A DNA stretch of 64,000 bases from Candidatus Latescibacterota bacterium (lineage in GTDB: Bacteria; Latescibacterota; UBA2968): the NCBI GenBank assembly GCA_965198115.1, contig OZ240241.1:8320001-8384000 (forward strand). The letters are read 5' to 3'. Positions 49,413 to 58,813 of this stretch are shown piece after piece; the first letter of the stretch is position 1, and each line of letters begins with the position of its first letter. The translations under genes were made by a program, and so were the position numbers. The notes below the pieces were generated by a model. It did not search any database. It was not told where the DNA came from and saw nothing but the letters and a program-made list of their open reading frames with translations.

Positions 49413-50231
49413 ATGAGAACAGTGTCTCAATCCACCAGGATTTTTGACGGTGTTTCGCTTGAATACGATGCCTTCCGATTGGCTACCCCGAGGCGGGTGC
49501 CTGATCTGCTCACGCAAATACTGGGACGTCGGCCGGGTCTGGTCGTGGACCTGGGCGCAGGCACAGGACTCTCGACATTCGTGTGGGAGGCCTCGGCTGA
49601 CCGCATAATCGGTATCGAGCCGAACGCCGAAATGCGAGCCATCGCCGCGTCGAAGGCACGGGGCAAGGATCGAGTCGAGTTCCGAAAGGGTGACTCTGGG
49701 TGCACTGGCATCCCCGAAGGTGGGGTAGACATCGTGGTGTCCACGAGCGCCCTGCACTGGATGGATCCGGAGGTTACCCTCCCGGAGGTCGCCAGAATCC
49801 TTCGAAGAGATGGGGTGTTTGCAGGCCTAACCGAGATTGGATGTCCAACCGTACATCCTGCCCTCGAAGTTACCTATCAAGAAGTAGCAGCAGCGGCCTC
49901 CAGACTTGGCAGGGAACGGAAACTATGGAGAGAAGTCCCGATATGGTATCTAGATGACTACTTGGAGTGTGTCACAAAATCAGGATACTTCGCCTACACA
50001 AAAGAGATTCTCTTCCACGAGGAAATTGTGCGGAGCGCGGAACAATTCGTCGGGTGGGTTCGAAGCGTTGGAGCCGTAAGAGGGGCACTGCGGGAGGGAA
50101 TCACGGAAGGGGAAATCGGACTTCCTGGACTCGAGAAGATGTCGCAGGTGCTCATAGGGGAGACCAGTCGGTGGCACATTAGCTACCGGATGATCGTGGG
50201 GGCAAGAGCCGTTCAAGAGGTCCGCGCATAG
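49413..50231 (+). CDS. Class I SAM-dependent methyltransferase
   Basis: VVDLGAGTG, GIEPNAEM, ALHWMD, RILRRDG. Confidence 0.9.
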   Translation: MRTVSQSTRIFDGVSLEYDAFRLATPRRVPDLLTQILGRRPGLVVDLGAGTGLSTFVWEASADRIIGIEPNAEMRAIAASKARGKDRVEFRKGDSGCTGIPEGGVDIVVSTSALHWMDPEVTLPEVARILRRDGVFAGLTEIGCPTVHPALEVTYQEVAAAASRLGRERKLWREVPIWYLDDYLECVTKSGYFAYTKEILFHEEIVRSAEQFVGWVRSVGAVRGALREGITEGEIGLPGLEKMSQVLIGETSRWHISYRMIVGARAVQEVRA

Positions 50232-51538
50232 CACGAGCCAAGGTTCCGCCGGTGCAGGTCTTTGCACAACCTGTGGATGGCTGTCTGAACAGCGCAACGA
50301 TGCTTGCCCGACGTGATAACCACTTACGGAGACGGGACGCTCATGGGGAAGGCTGGACCACGGCAGGGTATCGTGGCGAGTGCTTCGGCGAGGTCGTCTT
50401 TGTCACGATTGGTGCTACGATAGGTGGGTTGCTCGCTCTGTTTCCGTATTACAACTGTGGAGCTTCCCCGGGGACTTCACGTTTCCAGATTCTTCGGTCT
50501 CAGCTCTACGTGTCCGTCGCAACCCTGTATGGCCCGGGGGCAGTCGATGTATTCCAAGAAGTTTGCTCTCCATCATGAATCGCACATAGCCTTTGCGTAC
50601 GACAAGTGTGGGTCAGCTCTTGCGAGCTCATCGGGGCCAACGTTAGGAGTCCAACGTAGAGCTGTACTGGAGGAGCACTGACCGTGCTGAATTCGAACGC
50701 TCGAACGATGCGATACTCTCGATCAAGGACAGATAGATGGCAATGGTAGAGTTGAACCAGGTCGAGCCGCTTCAGGATGTGACGGGGTTGCTGAGTGCGC
50801 CGGAGGTAATGAGAGAACGGGCAGATCGTGACGGACTGCTGTTCTTTCGCGGGCTACTGGATCCTGATAAGGTGAACGGGTTGCGATCCCAGATTCTATC
50901 GGTCTGCGACAAGCACGGGTGGATCGAAGAGGAAACGGACACTGATGACGGGACCGCCAATCTCGAGGCGACGGTTGTCGAGAGTCGTGATCCGAGGTGG
51001 ATCGCGTTCTACAAGACCTTCAACGGGTTCGCGATTTCCACGCGCTCGCGCTTGACCCGGCGATCATCAACGCGCTTGAAGTGCTCTTCGGGGAATCCGT
51101 TCTACCCCATAGCCGAAACATCTGCCGCGTCGTGTTTCCCGATACCGCGACGCACTCGACGCCCCCTCATCAGGACAATCTGTATATCGGCGGATCCGAG
51201 CAGACGTGGACGGTGTGGATTCCGTGCGGGGACGTGCCCGTGACACTCGGAGGTCTTGCCGCCGGCAAGGGGACACACAACCTCGGCAAGCTGAAAGACG
51301 TCGAGGCTCAGGGGCCCGGAGGGAGGCAGGTTGAAGTCGACGACGAGGTAGTTTGGGTCAACGGCGACTACGCGTGCGGCGACGCCATCTTCCTGCATAG
51401 CCTGACCGTTCACCAGGGCTGTGACAACCTGAGTGGGAATCAGCTGAGAGTATCGTTGGACTACAGGTATCAGCCAAGTAGCCATCCCGTTCGGTCGGAT
51501 TCGCTGCTACCCCACATGGGATGGTTGACCTGGGACGA

Positions 51539-52829
51539 GGTGTTGTGCCTATCGTAGTTGAAACTTAGAGGGCTCCAAACTTACGTTGGGTAGACGTGTA
51601 GGAGCGTATACCCGTAAGAGTTGATCCCGTTGGGTCTGGAGGCAGTGGCAGACCTCCTCCAGCAGGAGGTCGAGCAGCTCGCAGGCGTTCGGTATGCGCG
51701 CAAAGGTTCGGAGCAGGCGCATCGTCGGTGGGGAAGCCAGAAGGGATCCGTGTATCTGATGGACCAGAAGCTCCCGTTAGACGTTCCCCGGGTGCGCGAC
51801 GTCGAGGCCGACGCAGAGGTTTCCCTGGCTGCATACCGGGCTCTACAGACGCCCAAGAAGACGGACGAGGGGCTGTTGCTTCGTGTTCTCAAGGGGATCT
51901 CGTGCCGCAACTACAAGGCCTGTGCCGAATCGGTTCCAGAAGCGTTTGGTATCTCAGCGTCCTCCGTCTCGCGGCGGTTCATCAAAGCCACCGCGAAGAA
52001 GCGGAAGCAGTTCCAGGAGCGTCCCCTCGACGACTACGGCTTCGTGACCCTCTTCATTGACGGAAAGAGCTTTGCCGACGAAGAGATCGTGATCGCTCTG
52101 GGGGTCACGATGGACGGCCAGAAGATCCCCCTGGGCTTCGTCGAATCGGCGACGGAGAACGAACGGATCTGCCGCCAGCTGATCCAGGACCTCATCCGGA
52201 GAGGCCTGTGCTACGACCAGGGCCTTCTCGTTGTGCTTGACGGCTCAAAGGGACTCCGCAGTGCTGTCACCAAAGCCCTCAAAGGGTATGTGCGCGTTCA
52301 TCGCTGTCAGTGGCACAAGCGCGAGAATGTCGTCAGCTATCTCCCGGAGAGGGAACGTCCAAGAGTTCGACGGAAGCTCCAGAAAGCCTATGACTGCGAC
52401 ACCTACGAGGAGGCAAAGGCCGCACTCGAATCACTTAAACCCGAACTGAAGCTGATGAATCAGTCTGCCGTAACGAGCCTCGAGGAAGGCCTGGAGGAAA
52501 CCCTGACCCTCCACCGGCTGGGTATGCTCCCATTCCTGAAACGAAGCTTCCGAACCACCAACTGCATCGAAGCCCTCAACAGCATGACCGGCGAGCTCAC
52601 TCGGAAGGTCAGACGCTGGAACAACTCTCCCCAGAGACACAGATGGGTGGCTGCCGCACTCCTCGACATCGAACCTCGCCTGCGACGCGTGAGCGGATAC
52701 AAACATCTTCCCCTACTCAGGCAAGCACTGAACAAAGATCTGAATCTCGATAACGAACAGAATGCTCAAAAGAGAGCCTGACCAAACTACGGGGCCCGAT
52801 GAGTTTTCAACTGACTATGGGACTTGACC
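51539..52829 (+). mobile_element. IS256-family element, second type (1291 bp)
   Basis: Imperfect 25-bp IRs GGTGTTGTGCCTATCGTAGTTGAAA / rc GGTCAAGTCCCATAGTCAGTTGAAA; 8-bp TSD TGGGACGA (51531-51538, 52830-52837). Confidence 0.92.
51621..52781 (+). CDS. IS256-family transposase (N-terminus possibly shortened)
   Basis: VPRVR, FIDGK, VLDGSKGL, HRCQWHKREN, RTTNCIE. Confidence 0.92.
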   Translation: MIPLGLEAVADLLQQEVEQLAGVRYARKGSEQAHRRWGSQKGSVYLMDQKLPLDVPRVRDVEADAEVSLAAYRALQTPKKTDEGLLLRVLKGISCRNYKACAESVPEAFGISASSVSRRFIKATAKKRKQFQERPLDDYGFVTLFIDGKSFADEEIVIALGVTMDGQKIPLGFVESATENERICRQLIQDLIRRGLCYDQGLLVVLDGSKGLRSAVTKALKGYVRVHRCQWHKRENVVSYLPERERPRVRRKLQKAYDCDTYEEAKAALESLKPELKLMNQSAVTSLEEGLEETLTLHRLGMLPFLKRSFRTTNCIEALNSMTGELTRKVRRWNNSPQRHRWVAAALLDIEPRLRRVSGYKHLPLLRQALNKDLNLDNEQNAQKRA

Positions 52830-52956
52830 TGGGACGATGTCTACGAAAAGTGGGACGAATCGGATCCGGTGAGGCGATACTGGGAGGGCTGGGACCTGGA
52901 TGTGTTCGAGTGTGAAAGTTGAGCGTGATCAATAGCTGCTTTTGGAGGGGACCTGC

Positions 52957-53727
52957 ATGACACCCGAAGAATTGTTTCGCTACGACGTGAGCGGATTTCT
53001 TCTGATCCCCGGAGCGATCGAATCGGACTATCTGACACACCTGAATGCGCGGTTGGACGAGTGGGAAGAAAAAGCCCGGAAACAGTTCGAAGCAGAAGGG
53101 AACCCACAGGTGCGTTACGACGACATCCTGAATCAGGAACCCGCGTTACTAGACCTGGTCGTGAACCCGGTCGTGCTGCCCTACCTGGTGGAGATGGTGG
53201 AACGTCCTCGATTGAAGTCGACGTGGGCGACGTTCAAGTGGCGGGGGGGTGAGACAGGGTATCACTCCAACCATACGCCTACGGTGACGCACAATCTTTA
53301 CCACTTCAACGGACAGATCAGACACAACCTGTTCCAGGTGTTCTATGCCATGCACGATATCGGACCGGGAGAAGGGGCGTTGAAGGTGGTGCCGGGCAGT
53401 CACAAGGCCAACTATGTGCAGCCACCCGTGGAAGCCGTCGAAGACATGCTGGTGGAGATTCCGATGAAGGCCGGCGACGTGCTTCTGTTTACCCACGATC
53501 TGGGTCACTGCTCGCGCAATGAATCCGACAACATCCGGCGCACCATCATCTTTACGTATTGTCCGGGCGTCATTTCCAATTCGTTTGGCGGAGATGGGCT
53601 CTACGACGCCCTCTTCGAAGGGGCGCCGGATAATAGCTGGCTGAAGTATCTGCTCCGCCGCCCGAACGGGTACCTGGAAACTTATCCGCAACCGGAATGC
53701 GGCGTTGCCGAATTGCAGGGCTCATAA
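52957..53727 (+). CDS. PhyH-family Fe(II)/2OG enzyme #9 with non-canonical H-S-N motif
   Basis: FRYDVSGFLLIPGAI, GYHSNH, YAMHDI, VVPGSH, DLGHCS, RRTIIFTY. Confidence 0.85.
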   Translation: MTPEELFRYDVSGFLLIPGAIESDYLTHLNARLDEWEEKARKQFEAEGNPQVRYDDILNQEPALLDLVVNPVVLPYLVEMVERPRLKSTWATFKWRGGETGYHSNHTPTVTHNLYHFNGQIRHNLFQVFYAMHDIGPGEGALKVVPGSHKANYVQPPVEAVEDMLVEIPMKAGDVLLFTHDLGHCSRNESDNIRRTIIFTYCPGVISNSFGGDGLYDALFEGAPDNSWLKYLLRRPNGYLETYPQPECGVAELQGS

Positions 53728-53743
53728 GCTGCCGGGATTTTAC

Positions 53744-54919
53744 GTGGCGATTCACTTTTCAACCGAAGAGTTCAAGGCCAGACAGAACGCTGTTGCCCTC
53801 GACCTTCGTGGCCGTGGGCTCGACGGATGCCTGATGTTCAAGCAGGAGAGCATGTACTACCTGACGGGCTACGACAGCTTCGGCTACTGCTTCTTCCAGT
53901 GCCTCATCTTCGGCGCCGACGGAAGCCTGACCCTGCTCACTCGGCTGCCCGACCTGCAGCAGGCCAGACTCACGTCGATCATCGAGGACGTCCGGCTCTG
54001 GTACGACGCGCCGGACGCGGACCCTGGCGCCGAGCTGCAGCGAGTGCTCGATGATCTCGGTTACAAAGGAAAACACCTGGGAATCGAGTTCGACGCCTAC
54101 GGACTGACCGCCTCGAGCTGGCGGTCGGTCGAAGCCGCACTGGACGGGTTCTGCGATGTGACGGACGCATCCGACTTGGTCGGTCGCCGGAGGGCGATCA
54201 AGAGTTCGGCCGAGCTGGAGTACGTCCGACGCGCAGCGGAACTGGCCGACGAGGCGCTGGATGCAGCGGCCGAACACGCGCAGCCGGGCGCTTTCGAGGG
54301 CGACATCCTGGCTGCCATGCACGGTGCGATCTTCAGAGGCGGCGGCGACTATGCGGGCAACGAGTTCATCATCGGCTCGGGCCCAGAAGCGACGCTGATT
54401 CGATACCACTCGGGTCGGCGCAACCTGGACCGGAAGGACCAGCTCACGCTGGAATTCGCCGGAGCGTTCCGACACTACCACGCCTGCCTCATGCGTACGA
54501 TCCTCGTGGGAGCGCCCGACCCGGAACAGGTCTCCATGTACGAGGCCTGCCGGGACGCACTGCTCGCGTGCACCGAGGCGGTAAAGCCCGGCGCGACGAT
54601 GGGCTCGGTCTTCGACGCACACGCCCGAATCATGGACGACGCGGGCTACCGGGACCAGAGGCTCGAGGCATGCGGCTATGGCCTGGGCGCGGTCTTCACC
54701 CCCGTCTGGGTGGAGCAGCCCATGTTCTACGAAGGGAACGCGCTCGTCATCGAGGCGAATATGGTCTTCTTCCTCCACATGATTCTGCTCGACCGCGAGG
54801 CCACAAGGGCGACGACGCTCGGCCACACCGTCGTCGTCACGGAAGACGGATGCGAGCCGCTGAGTAAAAGACCCCTCGACCTGATCGTTAACCGCGTAGA
54901 GGGTGTCCCAACTCGCTGA
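53744..54919 (+). CDS. M24-fold hydrolase, creatinase/ectoine hydrolase (DoeA/EutD)-like subtype
   Basis: Creatinase_N region ESMYYLTGYD; C-domain LEFAGAFRHYHACLMRT, CGYGLG, FFLHM, LGHT lacks the D-D-H-E-E metal set. Confidence 0.82.
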   Translation: MAIHFSTEEFKARQNAVALDLRGRGLDGCLMFKQESMYYLTGYDSFGYCFFQCLIFGADGSLTLLTRLPDLQQARLTSIIEDVRLWYDAPDADPGAELQRVLDDLGYKGKHLGIEFDAYGLTASSWRSVEAALDGFCDVTDASDLVGRRRAIKSSAELEYVRRAAELADEALDAAAEHAQPGAFEGDILAAMHGAIFRGGGDYAGNEFIIGSGPEATLIRYHSGRRNLDRKDQLTLEFAGAFRHYHACLMRTILVGAPDPEQVSMYEACRDALLACTEAVKPGATMGSVFDAHARIMDDAGYRDQRLEACGYGLGAVFTPVWVEQPMFYEGNALVIEANMVFFLHMILLDREATRATTLGHTVVVTEDGCEPLSKRPLDLIVNRVEGVPTR

Positions 54920-54929
54920 GAGGAGGCCA

Positions 54930-55975
54930 TTGGTGCCCGAGATCGAAATACTCGACAGCGGTCATATAGATCGCAGCGATTCCGCTTTTCCCACAGTCGT
55001 TAGAATGGACGATGGCAATTTGGTCTGCGCGTTCAGCATGGGCGGCGGGGCGCACGTGTCGGGGGGCACGCACTGTTCCCGATCGGGCGACGGGGGTCGT
55101 ACATGGGCCTACGAGGGTCCCATCCTCGAGCCGACGACCGCGCCGCTGACGACGAATAGCTTGCGACTCAGCCGCACGCCGGATGGTACGATACTCGCCT
55201 ACGGTCAGCGGGATCAGAAAGAGCAGCCGGACAAAAGGACTAGCGAGCCGGTGCTGTGCCGTTCCACCGACGGCGGACGCAGCTGGTCCGAGCCGCAGAT
55301 CATCCCGTTTCAAGTGCCCGGGCCCTACGAGATCTCCAATGCCATCGTCGTCACGAGCGACGGACGCTGGCTGGCGCCGGCGGCTTCCTTCCACGACGGT
55401 CGCTATGGGGAACGAGTGGTCCTGCACGAGTCGTCCGATCAAGGCGCGTCCTGGCCGAGGATGCACACCGTTTTCGAGGATTCCGGAGCGAAAATCGGAT
55501 ACCTCGAACAGAAAGTGATCGAGTGCAGCCAGAACGCCTGCTGGCGATGGCGTGGGTGCAGGACTACGGGGCAGACACGGATCTGAAGAACGGATACAGC
55601 TGTTCACACGACGGCGGCCGTACGTGGGACGGTCCCCACTCGACGGGCATCCAGGGGCAGACCATGACGCCCGTCTGGCTGGGTGACGACCGCTTCCTCG
55701 TGCTCTACAACAAACGCTACGGTGAACAGAGTGTGCAGATGTGTCTGGTGCGTGCTGCCGGCGAACGATTCGATGTCGAATTCGAGGGCACGATGTACGA
55801 CGGCCGCGCTCGGCTGGAATTGACCGATGACGTCAGCAGCCAGGAGCAGATCGCGCTCATCCGCTTCGGCTTCCCGACCGCCGTGCGCCTCGACCAGGAG
55901 ACCTTTCTGGCCACGCACTGGTGCGAGGAAGAAGGCGTGTGTGGCATACGCTGGACGCGGCTGCGGCTGACATGA
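54930..55975 (+). CDS. BNR/Asp-box sialidase-like protein (frameshift near 55530)
   Basis: SD AGGAGG; AFP, SGDGGRTW, STDGGRSW, SSDQGASW, SHDGGRTW, FGFP. Confidence 0.85.
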
Positions 55976-55981
55976 GTCGGC

Positions 55982-56725
55982 CTACAGCCGTCCACTCAGG
56001 ATGTCGTCGACGATTTCCACGAGGCAGTCGACGGTGGCATCGACCATACGTCGACCTTTGTCCGCCGTCGCCACGGTCGGATCGCCGAAATTGCCGCGGC
56101 TGCTGTGTTCGTCCAGCCGGCGAAACCGTCCTACGCGGTCGGCGTAGGACGATGGCGATGTCCCGCCGTCAGCGTGCAGGCGGTCCGTTCGGACCAGGTC
56201 CGGTCGCAGCGCCAGCATCATCGATGTTTCCGTTTCGCCGGCGTGCCCTGAGCCGTTCGGACCGGCCTCACGAATGGGGTCCAGCGCCGGGGCCGCGACA
56301 TCCCACCAGGAGGCGTCGTATACACGGGCGTCCGCGTGCATCTCTTTCAGCTCCTGCAGAGCCACCCGTATGTCCGCGGAATTGCCGCCGTGGCCGTTTA
56401 TCACGAGCACCTTGTCGAACCCCCCCCCAATCAACCCGTCGACCGTCTCTACCAGCACACGAATGTGGGTCTGAGAACGCGCCGTCAGACTCCCGGCGAA
56501 GCGCATGTGGTGAAAGGAGTAACCCAGCCACTGGGTCGGCAGACAGGCGATGCGATCGCCGATCTTCAAGTCCATCGCATCCACCATTGCATCCAGCTGG
56601 ATCGTGTCGGTGAGCATGGGTAGGTGGAGCCCGTGCTGTTCGAACGACGCAATGGGGTAGACGGCGACCAGGCGTTCCTTGTCCAGGTCGCGGATATCGG
56701 GCCAGTTCATCTCCCCGAGTTTCAT
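55982..56725 (-). CDS. Creatininase family amidohydrolase
   Basis: EQHGLHLPMLTD, SFHHMRFAGS, NGHGGN, HAGETETS. Confidence 0.93.
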   Translation of the reverse strand: MKLGEMNWPDIRDLDKERLVAVYPIASFEQHGLHLPMLTDTIQLDAMVDAMDLKIGDRIACLPTQWLGYSFHHMRFAGSLTARSQTHIRVLVETVDGLIGGGFDKVLVINGHGGNSADIRVALQELKEMHADARVYDASWWDVAAPALDPIREAGPNGSGHAGETETSMMLALRPDLVRTDRLHADGGTSPSSYADRVGRFRRLDEHSSRGNFGDPTVATADKGRRMVDATVDCLVEIVDDILSGRL

Positions 56726-56739
56726 TTCAACTCCCCTGT

Positions 56740-57771
56740 CTATCTGTGAGCTGCGTCCGTGTGCCTTCTTCGATAGCTGTAATGGAACTCCCGGGTCGAT
56801 TCGAAGACCGGAGGGAGCGGGCGCCCATTCGGGATGGTCATCCAGATTCGCAGCATATGGCGGTCGTCGCCCCGTCGATCATCCGTGAACGCGGAGCGGG
56901 CGTGAAGCATGTCGTAGTTGTTCGCCATCAGAATGTCACCAGGCTGCATGTCGAACTCGAGCGATAGTTCGTCGCAGACCTGATCCATGAGGTCGAGTGC
57001 CTCGATCTGTTTCGCATCGAACCTGGGAACGTCTTCGAACCGTTGCGCCAGGTCGATGTACTCGCGCTTGTAGAGAACGTTCAGATGCCCTTCATGGTAG
57101 CTGTAGATGGGCACCTCCTGCACCGGCGGCGCGTTCGGAAGCTGTTGTCCTCGGGCGTCGAAGTGGAACGGCTCCTGAAGCACTTGTGCCAGGTCGTGAC
57201 GGCGGCGGACGATCTCGTTGAAGACCGACACGGCGCTGACGAGCCTGGAACGACCTCCTTCCTTCGCCTGGTGCAGGCAGAGCAGCGCGAACACGTCCGA
57301 CCCGTCGTTGTGATAGTTGATCGCACGATTCGTCTGGTACGCGCGCAGGTCATCGTTTCTTTCCAGGCTTCTTCCCGTATCCCGCACGTGGTGAAGAAGG
57401 TTGCCCGCCGCATCTTGCGGCTCCGGCGTGCCGAACTGTGTGCCGAACGTCCAGAACATTTGCTCGATCACCGGCGCGTCGCAACCTGCAGGGAAGCCCC
57501 GAACCAGCGCGAATCCTTGCCCACCCTCTAGGCGACCCAGAAGCCAGTCGCGCAGTCCAACAAAAGCGGGCAGCGCTTGGTCGGCGTGCCCTGTACCCGA
57601 GGCCCGATTCGAAGCTCCCGCGCCCGCTTCGCTCAAGTCGTCGATCTGCTTTGGCTCGAAGTCTTTAATCCAGTCGGTCTTGTCGACCAGGTCAGAGCCA
57701 CGCCACGCCACGCCGCGGGCGTTTCCAACGTCGTTTTCAGGTAATGGGTCATCGAGACCTATGCGATCCAC
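56740..57771 (-). CDS. TauD/TfdA-family (clavaminate synthase-like) dioxygenase
   Basis: GFALVRGF, YHNDGSD, LLCL...GGRS, NNYDMLHARSAF, RHMLRIW. Confidence 0.9.
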   Translation of the reverse strand: MDRIGLDDPLPENDVGNARGVAWRGSDLVDKTDWIKDFEPKQIDDLSEAGAGASNRASGTGHADQALPAFVGLRDWLLGRLEGGQGFALVRGFPAGCDAPVIEQMFWTFGTQFGTPEPQDAAGNLLHHVRDTGRSLERNDDLRAYQTNRAINYHNDGSDVFALLCLHQAKEGGRSRLVSAVSVFNEIVRRRHDLAQVLQEPFHFDARGQQLPNAPPVQEVPIYSYHEGHLNVLYKREYIDLAQRFEDVPRFDAKQIEALDLMDQVCDELSLEFDMQPGDILMANNYDMLHARSAFTDDRRGDDRHMLRIWMTIPNGRPLPPVFESTREFHYSYRRRHTDAAHR

Positions 57772-58813
57772 AATTCGTGCGTCAAGAGCGCGTCGGATGT
57801 GAGGACTTCTGCGCCCGTCTCGGTAACCAGTACCACGGCCTCGAGCCCGAATTTCTCTTCAGCCTCCCAGAATGGGTAGACGCCGTCCAGCGTGACAAAC
57901 GGCTCCACGGCCAGCACCATGTCCTTCTGTATCAAGTCTTCGTTGGCGGCCGTGAGCCCCGGTTCCTCGTGGATGTCGAGACCGAGGCTGTGACCGATCG
58001 TCGACCAGCCGTAATCGAGACACCATTTTGAGAAGTCACCGAAGCCGGCCGCATCGTTCACCGCGAAAGCAGCACCAAGAGGGACGTTGAAGGGGACGCC
58101 CGGTTTGACTTGGTCGATGGCGGCTTCGAAACCGGCTTTCGCCAAATCGAAGTGACGCCGCTGCTCGGGCCGCGGTTCACCGATCGCGGCAATGCGCTTG
58201 AAGTCGCACCAGTATCCCCCGTAGACACAGCCTCCGTCGAACTGAACGAGGTCACCCTTTTGGAGCACATAGTCCGTCGGCATGCTGTCCGCCCACATCG
58301 CCCGGGGGCCGGCGTAGAGGGCATTGAACCGCTGCTCGCTGGCACCCTCCGCACACATGATGCTCGTCATGATGTCGACGACCTGTTTCTCCGTCACACC
58401 GGGACGCAGGGCTTCGAACCCGGCTTTGACGCCCTGTGTCGAGATCCGGGCGGCCGTGCGCAGGCGCTCGATTTCGGCTGACGACTTGATGCGGCGCAGA
58501 CGCCACACGGCCTCGCTGCCGTCGACGATGTTGGCGTGCGAGAGTCCGTCGGTCAGTTCACGGAAATCCTCCTGACCCAGGTTCACCTGCATCCCCGAAC
58601 TCAGCTCCATGCCGATCGTCGAGCTACCCAACCCCTTATCCTCGAGGACGTCGAGGACAAGCGCCACGGCATTCGACTTCTTGTCGATCTGAGATCCCTT
58701 CGTCAACGGCCAGTAACGTACGTCTTCGATCCAGCACTGTTTCACGAGATGCTCGAAACCGTGGGAGACCATCAGGACGGGAGTCCCTTCGACGGGAACG
58801 AGTAAGAAAAAAA

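Larger units (their letters stand above)
50737..52922 (+). pseudogene. PhyH-family dioxygenase #8, frameshift near 51015 and IS256 insertion about 30 codons before the stop
   Basis: DGLLFFRGLL, PPHQDN, TVWIP, LTVHQG, RVSLDYRYQ; C-terminus WDDVYEKWDESDPVRRYWEGWDLDVFECES* resumes after the IS. Confidence 0.88.

Noticed and set aside
50252-50700. Several short ORFs between the methyltransferase and PhyH #8
   Set aside because: No SD, motif or consistent frame; cannot support a CDS
23314-57771. Secondary-metabolite biosynthetic gene cluster
   Set aside because: No scaffold enzyme (NRPS, PKS, terpene synthase, RiPP precursor/maturase) is present; the content fits catabolism or tailoring
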